DNA from: Hydrurus foetidus
Taxonomy: Eukaryota
Reading direction: 5' to 3'
NCBI GenBank assembly: GCA_900617105.1
Contig: UYFQ01000322.1
Coordinates: forward strand, 1 to 54,950
DNA: 54,950 nt
Below, piece after piece: positions 38,501 through 51,346 of this stretch. Numbering within the stretch: the first letter of the stretch is position 1; every line of letters begins with the position of its first letter. The translations under genes and the position numbers were made by a program. The notes under the pieces were generated by a model. That model had not been told where the DNA came from. It did not search any database and worked only from the letters and a program-made list of their open reading frames with translations.

Positions 38501-41500
38501 TGCTCCTGGATCATATTCAGACAAAATTGGTCGAAAGGAATGCATCCCATGCGAGCCAGGAAGAACATCTGCTTTTTGGGGCAGGGAATGGTGCGATAAG
38601 TGCGGTCAAGGTTACTTCGGAGGTCCAGAACTTCCCGCCATAAAATGCACAGAATGTGGATATTTTAAGTACCAAGATGTTGCGGGTGAGACATCATGCA
38701 AAGATTGTCCTTCTAACAAAAACAATAAAGTTGCTATCAATTGCCGCGCTAGATTCACATTGTCACCAACAGAACAACCCACGTCAGCATCTACATCTGC
38801 TCCGACAAGTGCGCCCTCCTGTCAGCCAACCAGCGAGCCAACACCTGCGCCTACCTCGTCACCAACAGTACTTCCCACGACCGTACCTATGAAATGCCCG
38901 AAAGGTCGTTTCTCGGCATCTGGATATACACCATGCACTGAATGTGCTCCTGGATCATATTCAGACAAAATTGGTCGAAAGGAATGCATCCCATGCGAGC
39001 CAGGAAGAACATCTGCTTTTTGGGGCAGGGAATGGTGCGATAAGTGCGGTCAAGGTTACTTCGGAGGTCCAGAACTTCCCGCCATAAAATGCACAGAATG
39101 TGGATATTTTAAGTACCAAGATGTTGCGGGTGAGACATCATGCAAAGATTGTGCTTCTAACAAAAACAATAAAGTTGCTATCAATTGCCGCGCTAGATTC
39201 ACATTGTCACCAACAGAACAACCCACGTCAGCATCTACATCTGCTCCGACAAGTGCGCCCTCCTGTCAGCCAACCAGCGAGCCAACACCTGCGCCTACCT
39301 CGTCACCAACAGTACTTCCCACGACCGTACCTATGAAATGCCCGAAAGGTCGTTTCTCGGCATCTGGATATACACCATGCACTGAATGTGCTCCTGGATC
39401 ATATTCAGACAAAATTGGTCGAAAGGAATGCATCCCATGCGAGCCAGGAAGAACATCTGCTTTTTGGGGCAGGGAATGGTGCGATAAGTGCGGTCAAGGT
39501 TACTTCGGAGGTCCAGAACTTCCCGCCATAAAATGCACAGAATGTGGATATTTTAAGTACCAAGATGCTGCGGGTGAGACATCATGCAAAGATTGTGCTT
39601 CTAACAAAAACAATAAAGTTGCTATCAATTGCCGCGCTAGATTCACATTGTCACCAACAGAACAACCCACGTCAGCATCTACATCTGCTCCGACAAGTGC
39701 GCCCTCCTGTCAGCCAACCAGCGAGCCAACACCTGCGCCTACCTCGTCACCAACAGTACTTCCCACGACCGTACCTATGAAATGCCCGAAAGGTCGTTTC
39801 TCGGCATCTGGATATACACCATGCACTGAATGTGCTCCTGGATCATATTCAGACAAAATTGGTCGAAAGGAATGCATCCCATGCGAGCCAGGAAGAACAT
39901 CTGCTTTTTGGGGCAGGGAATGGTGCGATAAGTGCGGTCAAGGTTACTTCGGAGGTCCAGAACTTCCCGCCATAAAATGCACAGAATGTGGATATTTTAA
40001 GTACCAAGATGCTGCGGGTGAGACATCATGCAAAGATTGTGCTTCTAACAAAAACAATAAAGTTGCTATCAATTGCCGCGCTAGATTCACATTGTCACCA
40101 ACAGAACAACCCACGTCAGCATCTACATCTGCTCCGACAAGTGCGCCCTCCTGTCAGCCAACCAGCGAGCCAACACCTGCGCCTACCTCGTCACCAACAG
40201 TACTTCCCACGTACTTCGTACCTATGAAATGCCCGAAAGGTCGTTTCTCGGCATCTGGATATACACCATGCACTGAATGTGCTCCTGGATCATATTCAGA
40301 CAAAATTGGTCGAAAGGAATGCATCCCATGCGAGCCAGGAAGAACATCTGCTTTTTGGGGCAGGGAATGGTGCGATAAGTGCGGTCAAGGTTACTTCGGA
40401 GGTCCAGAACTTCCCGCCATAAAATGCACAGAATGTGGATATTTTAAGTACCAAGATGTTGCGGGTGAGACATCATGCAAAGATTGTGCTTCTAACAAAA
40501 ACAATAAAGTTGCTATCAATTGCCGCGCTAGATTCACATTGTCACCAACAGAACAACCCACGTCAGCATCTACATCTGCTCCGACAAGTGCGCCCTCCTG
40601 TCAGCCAACCAGCGAGCCAACACCTGCGCCTACCTCGTCACCAACAGTACTTCCCACGACCGTACCTATGAAATGCCCGAAAGGTCGTTTCTCGGCATCT
40701 GGATATACACCATGCACTGAATGTGCTCCTGGATCATATTCAGACAAAATTGGTCGAAAGGAATGCATCCCATGCGAGCCAGGAAGAACATCTGCTTTTT
40801 GGGGCAGGGAATGGTGCGATAAGTGCGGTCAAGGTTACTTCGGAGGTCCAGAACTTCCCGCCATAAAATGCACAGAATGTGGATATTTTAAGTACCAAGA
40901 TGTTGCGGGTGAGACATCATGCAAAGATTGTGCTTCTAACAAAAACAATAAAGTTGCTATCAATTGCCGCGCTAGATTCACATTGTCACCAACAGAACAA
41001 CCCACGTCAGCATCTACATCTGCTCCGACAAGTGCGCCCTCCTGTCAGCCAACCAGCGAGCCAACACCTGCGCCTACCTCGTCACCAACAGTACTTCCCA
41101 CGACCGTACCTATGAAATGCCCGAAAGGTCGTTTCTCGGCATCTGGATATACACCATGCACTGAATGTGCTCCTGGATCATATTCAGACAAAATTGGTCG
41201 AAAGGAATGCATCCCATGCGAGCCAGGAAGAACATCTGCTTTTTGGGGCAGGGAATGGTGCGATAAGTGCGGTCAAGGTTACTTCGGAGGTCCAGAACTT
41301 CCCGCCATAAAATGCACAGAATGTGGATATTTTAAGTACCAAGATGCTGCGGGTGAGACATCATGCAAAGATTGTGCTTCTAACAAAAACAATAAAGTTG
41401 CTATCAATTGCCGCGCTAGATTCACATTGTCACCAACAGAACAACCCACGTCAGCATCTACATCTGCTCCGACAAGTGCGCCCTCCTGTCAGCCAACCAG

Positions 41501-44500
41501 CGAGCCAACACCTGCGCCTACCTCGTCACCAACAGTACTTCCCACGACCGTACCTATGAAATGCCCGAAAGGTCGTTTCTCGGCATCTGGATATACACCA
41601 TGCACTGAATGTGCTCCTGGATCATATTCAGACAAAATTGGTCGAAAGGAATGCATCCCATGCGAGCCAGGAAGAACATCTGCTTTTTGGGGCAGGGAAT
41701 GGTGCGATAAGTGCGGTCAAGGTTACTTCGGAGGTCCAGAACTTCCCGCCATAAAATGCACAGAATGTGGATATTTTAAGTACCAAGATGCTGCGGGTGA
41801 GACATCATGCAAAGATTGTCCTTCTAACAAAAACAATAAAGTTGCTATCAATTGCCGCGCTAGATTCACATTGTCACCAACAGAACAACCCACGTCAGCA
41901 TCTACATCTGCTCCGACAAGTGCGCCCTCCTGTCAGCCAACCAGCGAGCCAACACCTGCGCCTACCTCGTCACCAACAGTACTTCCCACGACCGTACCTA
42001 TGAAATGCCCGAAAGGTCGTTTCTCGGCATCTGGATATACACCATGCACTGAATGTGCTCCTGGATCATATTCAGACAAAATTGGTCGAAAGGAATGCAT
42101 CCCATGCGAGCCAGGAAGAACATCTGCTTTTTGGGGCAGGGAATGGTGCGATAAGTGCGGTCAAGGTTACTTCGGAGGTCCAGAACTTCCCGCCATAAAA
42201 TGCACAGAATGTGGATATTTTAAGTACCAAGATGCTGCGGGTGAGACATCATGCAAAGATTGTGCTTCTAACAAAAACAATAAAGTTGCTATCAATTGCC
42301 GCGCTAGATTCACATTGTCACCAACAGAACAACCCACGTCAGCATCTACATCTGCTCCGACAAGTGCGCCCTCCTGTCAGCCAACCAGCGAGCCAACACC
42401 TGCGCCTACCTCGTCACCAACAGTACTTCCCACGACCGTACCTATGAAATGCCCGAAAGGTCGTTTCTCGGCATCTGGATATACACCATGCACTGAATGT
42501 GCTCCTGGATCATATTCAGACAAAATTGGTCGAAAGGAATGCATCCCATGCGAGCCAGGAAGAACATCTGCTTTTTGGGGCAGGGAATGGTGCGATAAGT
42601 GCGGTCAAGGTTACTTCGGAGGTCCAGAACTTCCCGCCATAAAATGCACAGAATGTGGATATTTTAAGTACCAAGATGCTGCGGGTGAGACATCATGCAA
42701 AGATTGTCCTTCTAACAAAAACAATAAAGTTGCTATCAATTGCCGCGCTAGATTCACATTGTCACCAACAGAACAACCCACGTCAGCATCTACATCTGCT
42801 CCGACAAGTGCGCCCTCCTGTCAGCCAACCAGCGAGCCAACACCTGCGCCTACCTCGTCACCAACAGTACTTCCCACGACCGTACCTATGAAATGCCCGA
42901 AAGGTCGTTTCTCGGCATCTGGATATACACCATGCACTGAATGTGCTCCTGGATCATATTCAGACAAAATTGGTCGAAAGGAATGCATCCCATGCGAGCC
43001 AGGAAGAACATCTGCTTTTTGGGGCAGGGAATGGTGCGATAAGTGCGGTCAAGGTTACTTCGGAGGTCCAGAACTTCCCGCCATAAAATGCACAGAATGT
43101 GGATATTTTAAGTACCAAGATGCTGCGGGTGAGACATCATGCAAAGATTGTGCTTCTAACAAAAACAATAAAGTTGCTATCAATTGCCGCGCTAGATTCA
43201 CATTGTCACCAACAGAACAACCCACGTCAGCATCTACATCTGCTCCGACAAGTGCGCCCTCCTGTCAGCCAACCAGCGAGCCAACACCTGCGCCTACCTC
43301 GTCACCAACAGTACTTCCCACGACCGTACCTATGAAATGCCCGAAAGGTCGTTTCTCGGCATCTGGATATACACCATGCACTGAATGTGCTCCTGGATCA
43401 TATTCAGACAAAATTGGTCGAAAGGAATGCATCCCATGCGAGCCAGGAAGAACATCTGCTTTTTGGGGCAGGGAATGGTGCGATAAGTGCGGTCAAGGTT
43501 ACTTCGGAGGTCCAGAACTTCCCGCCATAAAATGCACAGAATGTGGATATTTTAAGTACCAAGATGCTGCGGGTGAGACATCATGCAAAGATTGTGCTTC
43601 TAACAAAAACAATAAAGTTGCTATCAATTGCCGCGCTAGATTCACATTGTCACCAACAGAACAACCCACGTCAGCATCTACATCTGCTCCGACAAGTGCG
43701 CCCTCCTGTCAGCCAACCAGCGAGCCAACACCTGCGCCTACCTCGCCACCAACAGTACTTCCCACGACCGCGCCTACCTCGTCACCAACAGTACTTCCCA
43801 CGACCGTACCTATGAAATGCCCGAAAGGTCGTTTCTCGGCATCTGGATATACACCATGCACTGAATGTGCTCCTGGATCATATTCAGACAAAATTGGTCG
43901 AAAGGAATGCATCCCATGCGAGCCAGGAAGAACATCTGCTTTTTGGGGCAGGGAATGGTGCGATAAGTGCGGTCAAGGTTACTTCGGAGGTCCAGAACTT
44001 CCCGCCATAAAATGCACAGAATGTGGATATTTTAAGTACCAAGATGCTGCGGGTGAGACATCATGCAAAGATTGTGCTTCTAACAAAAACAATAAAGTTG
44101 CTATCAATTGCCGCGCTAGATTCACATTGTCACCAACAGAACAACCCACGTCAGCATCTACATCTGCTCCGACAAGTGCGCCCTCCTGTCAGCCAACCAG
44201 CGAGCCAACACCTGCGCCTACCTCGACACAGTCAGCGCCCGACAAGTGCCCCTCCTGTCAGCCAACCAGCGAGCCAACACCTGCGCCTACCTCGTCACCA
44301 ACAGTACTTCCCACGACCGTACCTATGAAATGCCCGAAAGGTCGTTTCTCGGCATCTGGATATACACCATGCACTGAATGTGCTCCTGGATCATATTCAG
44401 ACAAAATTGGTCGAAAGGAATGCATCCCATGCGAGCCAGGAAGAACATCTGCTTTTTGGGGCAGGGAATGGTGCGATAAGTGCGGTCAAGGTTACTTCGG

Positions 44501-47500
44501 AGGTCCAGAACTTCCCGCCATAAAATGCACAGAATGTGGATATTTTAAGTACCAAGATGCTGCGGGTGAGACATCATGCAAAGATTGTCCTTCTAACAAA
44601 AACAATAAAGTTGCTATCAATTGCCGCGCTAGATTCACATTGTCACCAACAGAACAACCCACGTCAGCATCTACATCTGCTCCGACAAGTGCGCCCTCCT
44701 GTCAGCCAACCAGCGAGCCAACACCTGCGCCTACCTCGTCACCAACAGTACTTCCCACGACCGTACCTATGAAATGCCCGAAAGGTCGTTTCTCGGCATC
44801 TGGATATACACCATGCACTGAATGTGCTCCTGGATCATATTCAGACAAAATTGGTCGAAAGGAATGCATCCCATGCGAGCCAGGAAGAACATCTGCTTTT
44901 TGGGGCAGGGAATGGTGCGATAAGTGCGGTCAAGGTTACTTCGGAGGTCCAGAACTTCCCGCCATAAAATGCACAGAATGTGGATATTTTAAGTACCAAG
45001 ATGCTGCGGGTGAGACATCATGCAAAGATTGTGCTTCTAACAAAAACAATAAAGTTGCTATCAATTGCCGCGCTAGATTCACATTGTCACCAACAGAACA
45101 ACCCACGTCAGCATCTACATCTGCTCCGACAAGTGCGCCCTCCTGTCAGCCAACCAGCGAGCCAACACCTGCGCCTACCTCGTCACCAACAGTACTTCCC
45201 ACGACCGTACCTATGAAATGCCCGAAAGGTCGTTTCTCGGCATCTGGATATACACCATGCACTGAATGTGCTCCTGGATCATATTCAGACAAAATTGGTC
45301 GAAAGGAATGCATCCCATGCGAGCCAGGAAGAACATCTGCTTTTTGGGGCAGGGAATGGTGCGATAAGTGCGGTCAAGGTTACTTCGGAGGTCCAGAACT
45401 TCCCGCCATAAAATGCACAGAATGTGGATATTTTAAGTACCAAGATGCTGCGGGTGAGACATCATGCAAAGATTGTCCTTCTAACAAAAACAATAAAGTT
45501 GCTATCAATTGCCGCGCTAGATTCACATTGTCACCAACAGAACAACCCACGTCAGCATCTACATCTGCTCCGACAAGTGCGCCCTCCTGTCAGCCAACCA
45601 GCGAGCCAACACCTGCGCCTACCTCGCGACTGACAGAACAACCCACGTCAGCACCTACATCTGCTCCGACAAGTGCGCCCTCCTGTCAGCCAACCAGCGA
45701 GCCAACACCTGCGCCTACCTCGTCACCAACAGTACTTCCCACGACCGTACCTATGAAATGCCCGAAAGGTCGTTTCTCGGCATCTGGATATACACCATGC
45801 ACTGAATGTGCTCCTGGATCATATTCAGACAAAATTGGTCGAAAGGAATGCATCCCATGCGAGCCAGGAAGAACATCTGCTTTTTGGGGCAGGGAATGGT
45901 GCGATAAGTGCGGTCAAGGTTACTTCGGAGGTCCAGAACTTCCCGCCATAAAATGCACAGAATGTGGATATTTTAAGTACCAAGATGTTGCGGGTGAGAC
46001 ATCATGCAAAGATTGTCCTTCTAACAAAAACAATAAAGTTGCTATCAATTGCCGCGCTAGATTCACATTGTCACCAACAGAACAACCCACGTCAGCATCT
46101 ACATCTGCTCCGACAAGTGCGCCCTCCTGTCAGCCAACCAGCGAGCCAACACCTGCGCCTACCTCGTCACCAACAGTACTTCCCACGACCGTACCTATGA
46201 AATGCCCGAAAGGTCGTTTCTCGGCATCTGGATATACACCATGCACTGAATGTGCTCCTGGATCATATTCAGACAAAATTGGTCGAAAGGAATGCATCCC
46301 ATGCGAGCCAGGAAGAACATCTGCTTTTGGGGCAGGGAATGGTGCGATAAGTGCGGTCAAGGTTACTTCGGAGGTCCAGAACTTCCCGCCATAAAATGCA
46401 CAGAATGTGGATATTTTAAGTACCAAGATGCTGCGGGTGAGACATCATGCAAAGATTGTGCTTCTAACAAAAACAATAAAGTTGCTATCAATTGCCGCGC
46501 TAGATTCACATTGTCACCAACAGAACAACCCACGTCAGCATCTACATCTGCTCCGACAAGTGCGCCCTCCTGTCAGCCAACCAGCGAGCCAACACCTGCG
46601 CCTACCTCGTCACCAACAGTACTTCCCACGACCGTACCTATGAAATGCCCGAAAGGTCGTTTCTCGGCATCTGGATATACACCATGCACTGAATGTGCTC
46701 CTGGATCATATTCAGACAAAATTGGTCGAAAGGAATGCATCCCATGCGAGCCAGGAAGAACATCTGCTTTTGGGGCAGGGAATGGTGCGATAAGTGCGGT
46801 CAAGGTTACTTCGGAGGTCCAGAACTTCCCGCCATAAAATGCACAGAATGTGGATATTTTAAGTACCAAGATGCTGCGGGTGAGACATCATGCAAAGATT
46901 GTCCTTCCAACAAAAACAATAAAGTTGCTATCAATTGCCGCGCTAGATTCACATTGTCACCAACAGAACAACCCACGTCAGCATCTACATCTGCTCCGAC
47001 AAGTGCGCCCTCCTGTCAGCCAACCAGCGAGCCAACACCTGCGCCTACCTCGTCACCAACAGTACTTCCCACGACCGTACCTATGAAATGCCCGAAAGGT
47101 CGTTTCTCGGCATCTGGATATACACCATGCACTGAATGTGCTCCTGGATCATATTCAGACAAAATTGGTCGAAAGGAATGCATCCCATGCGAGCCAGGAA
47201 GAACATCTGCTTTTTGGGGCAGGGAATGGTGCGATAAGTGCGGTCAAGGTTACTTCGGAGGTCCAGAACTTCCCGCCATAAAATGCACAGAATGTGGATA
47301 TTTTAAGTACCAAGATGCTGCGGGTGAGACATCATGCAAAGATTGTGCTTCTAACAAAAACAATAAAGTTGCTATCAATTGCCGCGCTAGATTCACATTG
47401 TCACCAACAGAACAACCCACGTCAGCATCTACATCTGCTCCGACAAGTGCGCCCTCCTGTCAGCCAACCAGCGAGCCAACACCTGCGCCTACCTCGTCAC

Positions 47501-50500
47501 CAACAGTACTTCCCACGACCGTACCTATGAAATGCCCGAAAGGTCGTTTCTCGGCATCTGGATATACACCATGCACTGAATGTGCTCCTGGATCATATTC
47601 AGACAAAATTGGTCGAAAGGAATGCATCCCATGCGAGCCAGGAAGAACATCTGCTTTTTGGGGCAGGGAATGGTGCGATAAGTGCGGTCAAGGTTACTTC
47701 GGAGGTCCAGAACTTCCCGCCATAAAATGCACAGAATGTGGATATTTTAAGTACCAAGATGTTGCGGGTGAGACATCATGCAAAGATTGTGCTTCCAACA
47801 AAAACAATAAAGTTGCTATCAATTGCCGCGCTAGATTCACATTGTCACCAACAGAACAACCCACGTCAGCATCTACATCTGCTCCGACAAGTGCGCCCTC
47901 CTGTCAGCCAACCAGCGAGCCAACACCTGCGCCTACCTCGTCACCAACAGTACTTCCCACGACCGTACCTATGAAATGCCCGAAAGGTCGTTTCTCGGCA
48001 TCTGGATATACACCATGCACTGAATGTGCTCCTGGATCATATTCAGACAAAATTGGTCGAAAGGAATGCATCCCATGCGAGCCAGGAAGAACATCTGCTT
48101 TTTGGGGCAGGGAATGGTGCGATAAGTGCGGTCAAGGTTACTTCGGAGGTCCAGAACTTCCCGCCATAAAATGCACAGAATGTGGATATTTTAAGTACCA
48201 AGATGCTGCGGGTGAGACATCATGCAAAGATTGTCCTTCCAACAAAAACAATAAAGTTGCTATCAATTGCCGCGCTAGATTCACATTGTCACCAACAGAA
48301 CAACCCACGTCAGCATCTACATCTGCTCCGACAAGTGCGCCCTCCTGTCAGCCAACCAGCGAGCCAACACCTGCGCCTACCTCGTCACCAACAGTACTTC
48401 CCACGACCGTACCTATGAAATGCCCGAAAGGTCGTTTCTCGGCATCTGGATATACACCATGCACTGAATGTGCTCCTGGATCATATTCAGACAAAATTGG
48501 TCGAAAGGAATGCATCCCATGCGAGCCAGGAAGAACATCTGCTTTTTGGGGCAGGGAATGGTGCGATAAGTGCGGTCAAGGTTACTTCGGAGGTCCAGAA
48601 CTTCCCGCCATAAAATGCACAGAATGTGGATATTTTAAGTACCAAGATGCTGAGGGTGAGACATCATGCAAAGATTGTGCTTCTAACAAAAACAATAAAG
48701 TTGCTATCAATTGCCGCGCTAGATTCACATTGTCACCAACAGAACAACCCACGTCAGCATCTACATCTGCTCCGACAAGTGCGCCCTCCTGTCAGCCAAC
48801 CAGCGAGCCAACACCTGCGCCTACCTCGCGACTGACAGAACAACCCACGTCAGCACCTACATCTGCTCCGACAAGTGCGCCCTCCTGTCAGCCAACCAGC
48901 GAGCCAACACCTGCGCCTACCTCGTCACCAACAGTACTTCCCACGACCGTACCTATGAAATGCCCGAAAGGTCGTTTCTCGGCATCTGGATATACACCAT
49001 GCACTGAATGTGCTCCTGGATCATATTCAGACAAAATTGGTCGAAAGGAATGCATCCCATGCGAGCCAGGAAGAACATCTGCTTTTGGGGCAGGGAATGG
49101 TGCGATAAGTGCGGTCAAGGTTACTTCGGAGGTCCAGAACTTCCCGCCATAAAATGCACAGAATGTGGATATTTTAAGTACCAAGATGCTGAGGGTGAGA
49201 CATCATGCAAAGATTGTCCTTCCAACAAAAACAATAAAGTTGCTATCAATTGCCGCGCTAGATTCACATTGTCACCAACAGAACAACCCACGTCAGCATC
49301 TACATCTGCTCCGACAAGTGCGCCCTCCTGTCAGCCAACCAGCGAGCCAACACCTGCGCCTACCTCGTCACCAACAGTACTTCCCACGACCGTACCTATG
49401 AAATGCCCGAAAGGTCGTTTCTCGGCATCTGGATATACACCATGCACTGAATGTGCTCCTGGATCATATTCAGACAAAATTGGTCGAAAGGAATGCATCC
49501 CATGCGAGCCAGGAAGAACATCTGCTTTTTGGGGCAGGGAATGGTGCGATAAGTGCGGTCAAGGTTACTTCGGAGGTCCAGAACTTCCCGCCATAAAATG
49601 CACAGAATGTGGATATTTTAAGTACCAAGATGCTGAGGGTGAGACATCATGCAAAGATTGTCCTTCCAACAAAAACAATAAAGTTGCTATCAATTGCCGC
49701 GCTAGATTCACATTGTCACCAACAGAACAACCCACGTCAGCATCTACATCTGCTCCGACAAGTGCGCCCTCCTGTCAGCCAACCAGCGAGCCAACACCTG
49801 CGCCTACCTCGTCACCAACAGTACTTCCCACGACCGTACCTATGAAATGAAATGCCCGAAAGGTCGTTTCTCGGCATCTGGATATACACCATGCACTGAA
49901 TGTGCTCCTGGATCATATTCAGACAAAATTGGTCGAAAGGAATGCATCCCATGCGAGCCAGGAAGAACATCTGCTTTTGGGGCAGGGAATGGTGCGATAA
50001 GTGCGGTCAAGGTTACTTCGGAGGTCCAGAACTTCCCGCCATAAAATGCACAGAATGTGGATATTTTAAGTACCAAGATGCTGAGGGTGAGACATCATGC
50101 AAAGATTGTCCTTCCAACAAAAACAATAAAGTTGCTATCAATTGCCGCGCTAGATTCACATTGTCACCAACAGAACAACCCACGTCAGCATCTACATCTG
50201 CTCCGACAAGTGCGCCCTCCTGTCAGCCAACCAGCGAGCCAACACCTGCGCCTACCTCGTCACCAACAGTACTTCCCACGACCGTACCTATGAAATGCCC
50301 GAAAGGTCGTTTCTCGGCATCTGGATATACACCATGCACTGAATGTGCTCCTGGATCATATTCAGACAAAATTGGTCGAAAGGAATGCATCCCATGCGAG
50401 CCAGGAAGAACATCTGCTTTTTGGGGCAGGGAATGGTGCGATAAGTGCGGTCAAGGTTACTTCGGAGGTCCAGAACTTCCCGCCATAAAATGCACAGAAT

Positions 50501-50883
50501 GTGGATATTTTAAGTACCAAGATGCTGAGGGTGAGACATCATGCAAAGATTGTCCTTCCAACAAAAACAATAAAGTTGCTATCAATTGCCGCGCTAGATT
50601 CACATTGTCACCAACAGAACAACCCACGTCAGCATCTACATCTGCTCCGACAAGTGCGCCCTCCTGTCAGCCAACCAGCGAGCCAACACCTGCGCCTACC
50701 TCGTCACCAACAGTACTTCCCACGACCGTACCTATGAAATGCCCGAAAGGTCGTTTCTCGGCATCTGGATATACACCATGCACTGAATGTGCTCCTGGAT
50801 CATATTCAGACAAAATTGGTCGAAAGGAATGCATCCCATGCGAGCCAGGAAGAACATCTGCTTTTTGGGGCAGGGAATGGTGC
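8562..50883 (+). repeat. 42.3-kb tandem array of a 444-bp unit: 93 complete Cys modules plus partial ends; some units are 540 bp
   Basis: ATGAAATGCCCGAAAGGTCG recurs every 444 bp (443 with the homopolymer slip, 540 with the 96-bp linker duplication). Copy number was counted from the recurring shadow-ORF starts from 8966 to 50501. Confidence 0.99.
8563..50883 (+). CDS. Giant repetitive Cys-rich/mucin-like protein (CxxC GCC2/GCC3-type module plus PTS linker, about 93 copies); interrupted and lacking both termini
   Basis: Stop-free 148-aa unit MKCPKGRFS...CTEC...CIPC...CDKC...CTEC...CKDC...C-RARFTLSPTEQPTSASTSAPTSAPSCQPTSEPTPAPTSSPTVLPTTVP. Longest unbroken ORFs are 3075, 1823, 1527 and 1083 aa. 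Most breaks are 1-bp losses at the same T5G4 run. Whether it is functional or a pseudogene is unresolved. Confidence 0.75.
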
Positions 50884-51146
50884 TATGGCTCTGATCGGGA
50901 CCTAGGACGATGGCACCGAAGTTGGTAGGACAGAGGGCGGGACACGGAGGGACGAAGGAAAGCGACGTTGTTAGGATAACGTTGTGATTATAGTTTACAG
51001 TTAAAGGATAGGTGATGTACAGTCTCCTAACAAGGCGGGAGTTCTATGTAGAACTAAGACCCAAAACTGGAATCTGGGCGTATTGTACCTATTGTACCTA
51101 GTTAACCTAGACACATTGTATCCACCTAGGGATGCATAAGGCTACA
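50881..51146 (-). repeat. 3' LTR (about 266 bp)
   Basis: Begins TGTAGCC on the minus strand (51146) immediately after the PPT. Ends ...TAGCA at 50881, where array similarity begins; 50881-50883 is ambiguous because TGC is shared. The second LTR is not in the window. Confidence 0.75.
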
Positions 51147-51166
51147 CTACCCCTTCTTCCTTTTTT
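51147..51166 (-). other. Polypurine tract
   Basis: Minus strand AAAAAAGGAAGAAGGGGTAG directly precedes the LTR TG. Confidence 0.85.
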
Positions 51167-51346
51167 GAAAATCAACACCATATGTGTTAGAGAAAAAAAA
51201 GTATATGTATATATAAATAGCGTATAAAAACTTGAAACGATTATGTCAGACTTTTACTGACTAAACTCTCCAAAAAAGACCCGTAGGTAAAAAAAATGGG
51301 AGAGAATCCTCATGGATAAAGTTTCAAGGATATATGTATATAAAAA

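Noticed and set aside
10216..50076. Minus-strand MVLKISTF... ORFs and MCSWIIF... N-termini
   Set aside because: They appear only at copies with the 1-bp T5G4 loss, so they are frameshift by-products.
8966..50737. Recurring 78-aa MDILSTK... ORFs as a tandem small-gene cluster
   Set aside because: They are alternate-frame shadows of the Cys-rich frame with GTG starts; they recur only because the DNA repeats.
8562..50883. CRISPR array or about 93 separate genes each starting at MKCPK
   Set aside because: There are no unique spacers, and no stops or intergenic DNA between units; the Met is internal to a continuous frame.
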